Origin: a virus
Lineage: Duplodnaviria > Caudoviricetes
Reading direction: 5' to 3' (one strand)
Length of the DNA stretch: 64,000 bases
IMG/VR virus record: IMGVR_UViG_3300020450_000008
In this document: piece by piece, positions 31,601-39,500 of the stretch
Position numbering within the stretch: position 1 is the first letter of the stretch
How the letters are laid out: the number at the start of each line of letters is the position of its first letter
Made by a program: the position numbers and the translations under genes
Notes under the pieces: model-generated
What the model was told of the DNA's origin: nothing
The model's database searches: none
Seen by the model: only the letters and a program-made list of their open reading frames with translations

Positions 31601-34600
31601 AATTCAATACATAGAAATCCATTAAGTGGTACAGACAGTTTTAGCGGGTCATTAAGATACTTAAATCTTGATAACTATAACTTTAATTTTATTAATGGAA
31701 ATTCTTTTTCAGTACAGATAAATGATTCACATAGTCTAGGTGATATATGGCAGATACAAGATAGATCACCTAAGCAAACAACATCTATGGATGTTAGTGG
31801 GCCTGTTATATTTAGAAGAGGAACCGAAGATAATGCCAACGGTGCAGTTGTTATTGAAGATTCAGCTGTAATAGGAAAACTTAGAGTAGATGGTAATTCA
31901 CACTTTAGAGGTGATTCAAGTAGATTTGATGGAAATCTTCAAGTTAGAGAATTAAGAATCGATTCAGACTTTCTAGATAACTCTGGAAATACTATTAGTA
32001 AGGGTGCATTTAGAATGCATCTACCAACTCAATTCTTCATAGGTGAGAAAAACTTTGACTCAAATGTTGAAAGAGTTATTGATTCAGATTATGTTGCCGC
32101 AAGGACAACTCATTTAAATATTTGGAATCAAGGAAATCTTGCCGGTGACGGTATACCAGGTGATGGATTAGAGTACGATTTTGTAAATTATGCAGGTGGT
32201 GGCGCAGTCATAATAGGTTCACCTAGTGAACTTCAAGCTGGAGACAGTGATACTAAATTCATAGTAGATCGCGGAAACGTTTTATTTAAAGATGGCGGAT
32301 CTTGGGATGGAAGCGGTATTGCTGATCCAAATAACTGGAATGCATCTTATGACAGAATTCCAAACTTAGGTGCTGGCGCACGAATGATGTTCATTCCAAA
32401 GCGTGGAGCTTTCAGAGTTGGTGCAGTATCGGATGATCAATGGAGTGATGATAATGTTGGTGTAGGTTCTGTAGGAATTGGATATAATACAGAAGCATCT
32501 AAATTATCTGTAGCTATTGGTACAAATGTTAAGTCTGGTAATAGATCAGTTTATGGATTAAATAATGCTTCAGAAAGATATGTAAAAACAAAAGCAACTT
32601 CTATCGGTTTTGATATTAACAATTATATTCAAGAAGGTGTTGCTGTTGGTTACGATATTAATCATTCAACATCGTTTACTGGAACATATGGTAATCAAAC
32701 AAGAAACGTTTCTTTTGGTCATACAATCAATGCAACTAACTCATCAGATGCAGTTTCAATTGGAAGAAATATATTCCAAAACAACGGAGGAGTTGTTGTA
32801 GGTAAAAATGCTCGAGCTGGTGCTACTAGTCAAGGTAGTGGAGTTGCGATAGGACAAGATGTAGACGCAAGATATAGTGGTACCGCAATAGGTAGAAATG
32901 TCACGGCTAGTTCTTCTTCAACTTCTGTTGGAATTGGTATTTCTAATACAGCAACATCAGGTGGTGTTGTAATTGGTAAAAGTAGCAGCACTTCAACATC
33001 AGGCGGTGTTGCTGTTGGTAGTAGTGTAAGGGCATCTACTGGTTCTGGAGTCGTTGTAGGTTCTTCTTCAACGGTTTCATATGGAGGAGTTGTACTAGGT
33101 TCAAACAATAGTAGCTCAGGTAATACTATTATTGGAACTGGAAACACATCAGGTGGTTCTTATTACAGAGGTGCAATAATTGGTACAAACAATAGCTCTA
33201 CGTATGGTGGAGTTATAATAGGTGTTGGTAATGAAAATAATGTTCGTTCTGGAATATCCATTGGATATTACAATTACCAAAATGATTATTACATTTATGC
33301 TATAGGTGAAAGAAATTATAATAACAATCGAAGCATTAATATATTTGGAAGACAAAACTATAATAACAGTGGTTATTCTACGAGTTCTAGAGATCAAATC
33401 TTTGGTAATTATAACCAATACAACACATACTCAAGTACTGATCAAGCTGTTAGTTACAGATCCATATTTGGACATGAAAACAAATATAACTACAGTGGTA
33501 CAATAATAGGAAATTATAACGAGTATAATAGTGGTCTTAACATATACGGTGATAATAATACTAACAACTTAAAAGGTGCTGGTAGTGCTACATATGGTGG
33601 CGCTGGATACATTTATGGTCGCCAAACTATAGTTAAAGATGGTGGTATGGCATTTGGCCACGGAAATATTGCTGAATATAATGGGTTTGTATTTGGTTCT
33701 GGAAATACTTCAATACGAGAAGGTTATAGCTATGGTACTGGAAACCGAGCTGTTCTAAAAGGTTATGCCTTTGGATACGATAATACTTTATTAGGTGATA
33801 GTAATGCTATAGGAACTACTGAATTTCCAATGACATTTGGTAGGGATAACATCGCTACAAATGGTGGTATAGCATTTGGTGAAACAAATACAGTATCAAA
33901 TAGAGGTATTGCGCTAGGTGGTGGAAACACATCTTCTGGTACACGTTCAGTGGTTATAGGTTCAGCTATGACAGTATCAGGTAACTATTCTGTTGGAATA
34001 GGTCTTGATGATAATTTTTCTGGAACTGTAACCGCAAATAATACAATGGCAATTGTCGGAGGTGGGGTTGCGATAGGAAATACCTCGGTGTCAGGAGCAG
34101 TAGGTAACACTTTACTCGAAGTTTCTGGTAATGTAAATGTAGTTGGACCTTATGATTACTATAGACATGGTAAAGTATTATCTAGTTACATAACAGATGA
34201 TGTTATCAATAATAACTATATTTTAAATATTGTAGATTCAGATTATGTTAAATCAGCCGCTGATGTAGCGCATTTACGTAATATCATGACATCGCAGTAT
34301 TTCTTCCAAAGTAATTTAAGTAATAATAACTTAACATATGCTGGAACGGGTCGTGTTGGAATCGGCAGAGATCCTATAGCGATACCAGGTCATAACGATC
34401 CTATGCTAGATGTTGATGGTAATCTATCATTATCAGGAGAAATTTTTATCAATGGTGTAAGAGTCGTTCCAAGGATTGACAATGTGGATTCATTTGTGGC
34501 AGAATATCATAATGATCCATTGTACATTGGTACTGAAAGTGCAGAAGTTTACTTTGATTCGGCTTATGTAATTCTCAGAGCTCAGGCTGCAATCGATGCA

Positions 34601-36529
34601 GGAGTAGCAAGAGTTGATGAACAGTATATAGAAGATAGAATTGATCCATTAATGTTCTTAGACTCAAATCAGGCTTTGATATTAGTTGACGAAAGAATGG
34701 ATCAAAGACAAGTATTTCAGTTTGATGGTACAAAAAGAACTCAATTAACAACAGCAGAAACTGGTGGATTTCCTGTAAGAGTTGGTCTTGGTACCGCACC
34801 TGATCCTACATCAGGTACTGATCCTAGCGTTTTAAAAGTTGGCGGTAATACAACAATTGACGGTCAATTAAAAATCAATGGTAATAACGCTGGAATAATA
34901 ATTAATGGAACTCTTTTCGAACCAACCGAACCTGGATTTAAACTTAACAATCTTGGAGATTTAGAAATAAATCCAACTTATGGTTCTGTTGATGTTGGAA
35001 TAGGAATATCTGGAGTTGCTTCAGCAAAACTAGATGTTGGTGGTGCTGTAAATGCCACAGATCTTAAAATTAGTGGACAAAGTATAGACGATAGATTTAA
35101 TGCAGCTTACGTACAAGCAAATCAGCTATTAATTGACTCGGAATCAATTATACAATTAATCGATTCTGATTATGTAAAATTTATTGCTGACAGTAACTAC
35201 ATTTTATCTGCAGCAGATTCACAACATATCCAGACTTATGCTGACATATTCTGGATTAGAGAAAATGCCGATAGTAATTATATTAGGACTGCAGCTGATA
35301 GTTCATATATTAAACCAATAATTGATCAACACTACATACAGTTTAATGCAGATTCAGCTTATATAAGATCTGCTGCTGATAGTGATTACATCCACACTGC
35401 CGCTGACTCTTCTTACTTAAAACCAATAATTGATCAAAAATATATTAGATTTAATGCCGATAGTAATTATATTAGATCAGCAACTGATAGTGCATATCTC
35501 AAACCTATTATAGATGAAACATACATAAGAGGTCATGCAGATTCAGAATGGATTCTTTCAATAGCGGATTCTTTACATGTAAGAAGGATAATGGATTCTG
35601 CATTTGTTGGTTCAATAACTGGAATTGGAAATAGAAGTGTAAGTTTTGGTCAACACAATATTGAATTTCAAAATCAAGCTTCTACTCCGATAGGATTTCC
35701 AAATGCTACCAATAACACTGGTAATGTTTATGTTGCCCTTAATGACAATAAGCCATATGTTTCTGCAGCAGGTCAATGGAATAGATTTCCAATTGTTGAT
35801 GATATTCCAAATATTGTAGATTCAGATTATGTTCAAGCTAGACAAAAACTATTAGATTCCGCAGCTGTTCTTGGTTTGATCGACTCAGATTATGTTCTTG
35901 GAATAACAGCACAACAAATTGCAAATTCTTTAAGTTCAGGTATTGGTGGACAAACAGTAGTACGTGCACATAATTATACAGCTACACAAGGACAAACAAT
36001 ATTCGAGGGTGCTGATTTATCTGGTATAACGTTGTCATACATCATTGGTTCAGTTATAGTAACCGTGAATGGTGTAACAATGACAAATGGCGTTGATTAT
36101 AACGCAACTACCGGAACAAGAATAACATTTACATCAGCACTTGACGCACAAGATGACGTGACAGTCTATTCCACAGTTCATGCTGGAGGCGGTGAAAACA
36201 TTGCGGATTCCTCAGTTGTATCAACTGGAACAGAAGTTATTATTGATCAGTTTGCGCATCTAGGTAAAATGAGATCAGCCGATTATATCATTCACATGGA
36301 TGATTCATCTGCATCTGGTTCTCATTCAAGAGTGAGTAGAATACATTTAACATATAACAGATCAGTTGTAAATATGACTGAATTTGGTGTGGTTACAACC
36401 TTTGAAACTAAAGACAGTGACATGGGTACATTAGCCGCTGATGAAAATGCTGGAGTGATTAGACTTAAATTTACAAGATCATACGGTAGAGGTGATGTTA
36501 CTGTGAAGACTAATAAGACTATTATATAA
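25628..36529 (+). CDS. Giant tail fibre/adhesin (3633 aa) with three YadA-like beta-roll blocks and DS-repeat shafts
   Basis: Continuous 10.9-kb ORF; 13-14-aa S/G.AIG..N repeats; 10-aa and 9-aa DS repeats; conserved C-terminal D.F....RSA.Y.I domain. Confidence 0.88.
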   Translation: MAISTDQKLDFLWKKLGYGKTKTDINSIKAATNEAIPSPLLLTGTDLWTDAYQIPGTKPSADTTVIGLYQDAAGGASSVECIADGTASANRTWKTNLTNWIPPQFGSTYGIKVYLDNASQANPQSTGTELFAAGSGNNDEWFFDYASGVLNFIGTNLPSGIAGKKIYIVGARYIGKLGNRFTALYVDSAEINHLIVDSSEVTLTNIIEAYIDSADIMHAIIDSADITLGKIGTATLTNMTADSAHVKTLSADTIYTPQLDVNIVVANQLQGPAELIIDPAATGDNTGNVKILGGLQVEGTTTTVNSTTVSLNDKNLVLADSAPNPAAADGGGITVGGANATLEYKVLGDKWEVNKPFHAPELHADSGEIVSLTATSGTIGSVTIDSATISQISGDSAHIKFIKSDSADIIFGKFDSAKIDFAEVDFIDASYGNVDSVDIGTARINSLQLAGQIPNRFMVSDSLGNMTTVTDAQFGPSLVNLYQGAFQVQSNGNVGIGNQLTVGGVTVERTGMTIPHLTTDKVVITSLSDQHIPFVSNNDSLAQSVNFQFGSKSSQYAPGTFDGLLIGWNPLQDSGTYRFNVDQTSGKVTSYGGAKLGRHNRMAVGQYIQNFPQGDPNSFNRDFFGLEISNDSGNLISTAYKNIFKSPMPTEITGTGPDSAYVFEIRSFPDPGYEDSTLFAVRRDGSIAIRGNLLKGDNITGFSAGGIFNQNESSRDAFYFNDPAEYGPTGSKSINHYTFGRVGLGTKTPLYSFSTEGNFASRGEIDSNKLEHLLYRPKYYGYTDDSSRARLAFIPSKAMTRGGFFKDSSFNSNVMGMFSTAFGAETIATGVGTFAAGWASKALGDHAIAIGHNNTTGNTGNKAGVAIGVFNQFDSSFGQADHSIAIGLENRVRGDFATAIGERNTVAGNNAGIFGSKNSIGLYADGTSGTVNGANSYAIGNNNEIGKAVSALQFGTNNITSTGASTSIAIGFNHKVRNQQAIAIGTNNIINPRGGVAIGQSIELDSTAEYSFAVGLDAGGTTRRTIAPNIMSIRGGNLNIGGDSDHFTSQAYNAEGNLYVAGTLIVEGEIQQVVGAGFSSASPWTDGGQYVTSQLPDGRQYAVEKAAAHQDFDILGPDGFIIEGTQRAITRIDPNLAGRVLDDGEVRHSPATGGDSNYPFDSAFFNPVSTHRSIMSYVPKAQVLRIGNFTNNDYLTNAKIGYASTAIGQDNRVAGLYSMAFGKDNDLRRLDSSQYLGQDGSYFRVFGDENIGESNAHHNIIIGSSNRIKGTTNNAFIIGRNNEVSLADSTMIILRQGTHVGDSSLNGTRVLIGKDERLIGNPAAGGGRTDSAFALDVRGDIHLDSPGTIYFGSRNIRQYLGFGEEETKTTTPTTNPQNTTSTGFISRIQSISQKLKITTTSNHGFTQGGNLAINLLGVPSSGTNYISNISPPNYYFPVILDATSFNLRHDSPTGPFLDYDNAGAENSITRYTTATLVGDDAQIDYTGTQLRELYWEPAAILPADLDVAGDLRVAGTGPGGTLGLVADSAGVKFTANALSPSTATYEYEMRIDGLKLNGVGVDSHVVLRSGGLFNSEVQNIIDSAYVQLRASNDEFWVNAANSLYYDPATTVKPVQIGLNDNDTTASEKSKYSLHIKPRTTTGAINIKTNGAGIQSNQSPIDIDGSPWPTKAYLTQSGLIDATYVNSVVSVSASTIQNFIDNSYVKSIADSAYIISIASEIANDSSTWQRNGDTLFFGTYPNVANVNVGIGIEDPRAKFEVDGSVRFGTRTGFPNYISPNIAVDSARFGGKLVVKGETVTQDQAFEFHFDSSHLLVDQGGANNKTFSGDAPGASTDVTRLILNNPLDSGYFEVNLGGVTDGRDGFLRVFKQNQDPGGSIDDSSTELRQGHYVDLATKYRGDWYFKPISATEVSTQYILVREGAFATSNLVENPPGTGARFGVLDHSLVVKDRFAPTSITFSGNDMDDSALIYNTTHSTISLHDSTLQTFEGANSIHRNPLSGTDSFSGSLRYLNLDNYNFNFINGNSFSVQINDSHSLGDIWQIQDRSPKQTTSMDVSGPVIFRRGTEDNANGAVVIEDSAVIGKLRVDGNSHFRGDSSRFDGNLQVRELRIDSDFLDNSGNTISKGAFRMHLPTQFFIGEKNFDSNVERVIDSDYVAARTTHLNIWNQGNLAGDGIPGDGLEYDFVNYAGGGAVIIGSPSELQAGDSDTKFIVDRGNVLFKDGGSWDGSGIADPNNWNASYDRIPNLGAGARMMFIPKRGAFRVGAVSDDQWSDDNVGVGSVGIGYNTEASKLSVAIGTNVKSGNRSVYGLNNASERYVKTKATSIGFDINNYIQEGVAVGYDINHSTSFTGTYGNQTRNVSFGHTINATNSSDAVSIGRNIFQNNGGVVVGKNARAGATSQGSGVAIGQDVDARYSGTAIGRNVTASSSSTSVGIGISNTATSGGVVIGKSSSTSTSGGVAVGSSVRASTGSGVVVGSSSTVSYGGVVLGSNNSSSGNTIIGTGNTSGGSYYRGAIIGTNNSSTYGGVIIGVGNENNVRSGISIGYYNYQNDYYIYAIGERNYNNNRSINIFGRQNYNNSGYSTSSRDQIFGNYNQYNTYSSTDQAVSYRSIFGHENKYNYSGTIIGNYNEYNSGLNIYGDNNTNNLKGAGSATYGGAGYIYGRQTIVKDGGMAFGHGNIAEYNGFVFGSGNTSIREGYSYGTGNRAVLKGYAFGYDNTLLGDSNAIGTTEFPMTFGRDNIATNGGIAFGETNTVSNRGIALGGGNTSSGTRSVVIGSAMTVSGNYSVGIGLDDNFSGTVTANNTMAIVGGGVAIGNTSVSGAVGNTLLEVSGNVNVVGPYDYYRHGKVLSSYITDDVINNNYILNIVDSDYVKSAADVAHLRNIMTSQYFFQSNLSNNNLTYAGTGRVGIGRDPIAIPGHNDPMLDVDGNLSLSGEIFINGVRVVPRIDNVDSFVAEYHNDPLYIGTESAEVYFDSAYVILRAQAAIDAGVARVDEQYIEDRIDPLMFLDSNQALILVDERMDQRQVFQFDGTKRTQLTTAETGGFPVRVGLGTAPDPTSGTDPSVLKVGGNTTIDGQLKINGNNAGIIINGTLFEPTEPGFKLNNLGDLEINPTYGSVDVGIGISGVASAKLDVGGAVNATDLKISGQSIDDRFNAAYVQANQLLIDSESIIQLIDSDYVKFIADSNYILSAADSQHIQTYADIFWIRENADSNYIRTAADSSYIKPIIDQHYIQFNADSAYIRSAADSDYIHTAADSSYLKPIIDQKYIRFNADSNYIRSATDSAYLKPIIDETYIRGHADSEWILSIADSLHVRRIMDSAFVGSITGIGNRSVSFGQHNIEFQNQASTPIGFPNATNNTGNVYVALNDNKPYVSAAGQWNRFPIVDDIPNIVDSDYVQARQKLLDSAAVLGLIDSDYVLGITAQQIANSLSSGIGGQTVVRAHNYTATQGQTIFEGADLSGITLSYIIGSVIVTVNGVTMTNGVDYNATTGTRITFTSALDAQDDVTVYSTVHAGGGENIADSSVVSTGTEVIIDQFAHLGKMRSADYIIHMDDSSASGSHSRVSRIHLTYNRSVVNMTEFGVVTTFETKDSDMGTLAADENAGVIRLKFTRSYGRGDVTVKTNKTII
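32455..34050 (+). repeat. About 30 coils of YadA/Hep_Hag-like beta-roll repeats
   Basis: Consensus G.(V/A/I)(I/V/F)G..N... with 13-14-aa period (GGVVIGKSSSTSTS, GGVAVGSSVRASTG, GGIAFGETNTVSN, etc.). Confidence 0.85.
35132..35617 (+). repeat. 18 consecutive 9-aa (27-bp) repeats, consensus (A/I)DSxY(I/V)xxx
   Basis: IDSESIIQL IDSDYVKFI ADSNYILSA ... MDSAFVGSI; exact 27-nt phase checked from 35132 to 35591. Confidence 0.92.
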
Positions 36530-36532
36530 ATA
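36525..36532 (+). promoter_or_regulatory. T4-type late promoter overlapping the stop codon of the 3633-aa gene
   Basis: Exact TATAAATA, 34 nt before the next ATG. Confidence 0.78.
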
Positions 36533-36566
36533 GAAAAATAAACTAACGCCACGGGGAAAGTGAACT

Positions 36567-39500
36567 ATGGCAGATAAAGATTTTAAGGTCAAACGCGGCC
36601 TTGAAGTACAAGATAACGCATTAGTTAGAGGTAACATACAAGTTGTTAGTTCTACTGGTGTAGTTTCAGATCTAGTAGATTCTAATAATAACATTGTTGT
36701 TGTTTCTAATATAAGAGGGCCATCAACACTTGTAATAGATCCGGCTGCTCATGATTCGAATTCTGGTACTGTACGCATACTTGGAAATTTACAAGTTGAA
36801 GGTACAACAACTACAATAAATTCTGCCACAGTTAGTTTAAATGATAAGAATTTAGTTCTTGCTGATTCTGCAGCTAATGCTGCAGCTGCTGACGGCGCCG
36901 GGATTACCATAAATGGTGCCAACGCGACTTTAACATACAACGCAGCTGGCGATAAATTTGTATTCAATAAACCTATCGAAACTAGCGCTCTTACAGGAAA
37001 TATAACTGGTACTGTATCAAGTATTGCTAATCATAGTACTGATGATTTAAGCGAAGGTAGTAGTAATTTATATTATACAGATGGTAGAGTTGCAACAGCA
37101 ATTCCAACTACAGTTACTTCTTCTTATGTTCAAGCTCGAGCTGATAGCGATTATATTAAAACTGCTGCAGATTCAGATTATATTAAAACCGCGATAACAG
37201 CATCTTATATTCAAGCAAATCAAACACCTTCAGATGTTGTTTCTGATACGACACCTCAGTTAGGCGGAAACTTAGATTTAAACAGTAAAAACATTACAGG
37301 TACTGGTAATATAGACATTACAGGTACTTCAGCAGTTAGTGGACTTAATACTCTTGGCGGGGCCCAATTCACAGGAAACATAACACCTACTACTGGAGCA
37401 GGTGTTGAAATATTTGCTCCTAATTCTTCAACAGGTCAAGTACAAGCATTTAACAGAGGTGGGGCCGCCTTTAATAAACTAATAGTCAAAGGTGATCCAG
37501 TCGAAATCTATGATGGGTCTACAAAGAGAATAGAAACAACGGGTTCTGGTGTTACAGTATCTGGAACTCTTACTGCTACGTCATTCTCTGGAGATGGATC
37601 TAATTTAACAAATCTTCCTACTGGTGGTTTACTATCAAATATTGTAGAAGATACAACTCCTCAACTTGGTGGCAACTTAGATTTAAATAGCAAAAATATT
37701 ACAGGCACTGGTAAAATACAGATCACAGGTAACATAGAATTACCTGATAATTATGAAGTAAGACTTGGAACCGGACTTGATTTAACTTTTGCTCACTATG
37801 GTGGAAATTCTGAAATAAGAAACAGAACTGGTGAACTTAAAATCTTAGGCGATAATATAAAAATCAGAAATGACGCTAACAGTGAAGTATATATTTCTGC
37901 TGTTAACAATGGCGCTGTAGAACTTTATCATAACAACATTAAGAAATTAGAAACAACATCCGGTGGTACTACAGTAACTGGAACAGTAACAGCTACAGCA
38001 TTTTCAGGAGATGGTTCTAATTTAACAGGCTTGAATATAGTAACAGACACTTCACCTCAACTTGGTGGTGATCTGGCCAGTAATGGAAATAATATTAACA
38101 TTGCTGATGGTGACTTTATTAAAGTAGGTACTGGAAATGATTTAGAAATATACCATCAGTCAAACGTATCTTATTTAAAATCTACAAACACGGCAGCACC
38201 TATAAGACTACAAGCTCCTGCTGGTGAAATAATGGCAAATTTTGCGCCTAATGCTGGCGTTGAGATATACTATGATGGAACAAAGAAATTTGAAACGACA
38301 TCAGCGGGTGCAACAGTAACTGGAACTCTCAATGCAGATACCTTTTCGCTTGCTGATAATGCAAAAATTAATGTTGGTGCTGGTAATGATCTACAAATCT
38401 ATCATGATGGATCTCACAGTCGTATTGAAGATGTAGGAACCGGATATTTAATAATAAAATCCAGTGAGGTACAAATACAATCTTCAAATGGTGAAGATAT
38501 GGCTAAATTTGAGCCAGATGGAGCAGTAAGACTTTATCACGACAATATAGAAAAAATCACGACAACTTCAGGTGGTGCTACAGTAGCTGGTAATATAGTT
38601 GTCTCTGGAACAGTTGATGGTAGAGATATTGCAACAGATGGTACCAAGTTAGATGGGATTGATGTTAGTGCTACAGCCAATCCTATAACAGGTGCACAGG
38701 CCGATAGAATAATAACATCAGGTGGTGGTAAGGCGTTAACTGCTCAGGCTGACTTTCAATTTGATGGTACTAACTTATTCATTCCAGCAGAAATGCGGCA
38801 TCTTGGAGATCCAGATACTAAACTAGGATTTACTACTGATACGATTACATTAACTGCTGGTGGAGTTGCAGCGCAAACCATTACTGCAACTAGTACAACC
38901 ATAGCTGGTAACTTAATAGTTAATGGTACAACCACAACAATTAACAGTTCAACACTGGATGTAGATGATCTCAATATTACTGTTGCAAAAGGTGCGGGAT
39001 CTGCTGCAGCGGCTAATGGTGCAGGACTTACTGTTGACGGTGCCAGTGCAACTTTATTATATCAAAATACTGGAGATAAATGGGTATTTAATAAACCACT
39101 TGAAGCAACATCGTTTACTGGTAACGTAACTTCAACTAGTGTTAATATAGACGGTGGCGCGATTGATGGTACAAATATTGGAGCTACTACACCAGGTACA
39201 GGTGCTTTTACAACATTAACTGGAAATACGATAGGTGGGTTTAGTCACTTAAGTGCTGTTGGTGGAGGTAGCACTGTTGAAATTGTCGTCACTGTTGCTT
39301 CAAAAACTGCAGCTCATAGATATAACGGATCTGGTTCTGGACTTGGTTATGTTCTTGATGGAGTTCAAGCTCCTTATCTTACACTCACACCAGGTAGAAC
39401 ATATAGGTTTAAACAAGATGACGGATCAAACTCTGGTCATCCTTTTAGATTTTATTACGATGCTGCAAAGACTACAGCTTATACTACAAACGTAACTACT

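Noticed and set aside
35132-35617. CRISPR-like or non-coding array suggested by the regular 27-bp periodicity
   Set aside because: The repeats are in-frame, degenerate at synonymous positions and have no unique spacers
22580-36529. Diversity-generating retroelement (Mtd_N-like start; AAC/AAT-rich stretch at 33230-33560)
   Set aside because: No reverse transcriptase and no template/variable repeat pair differing at adenines was seen; Asn richness fits beta-roll repeats
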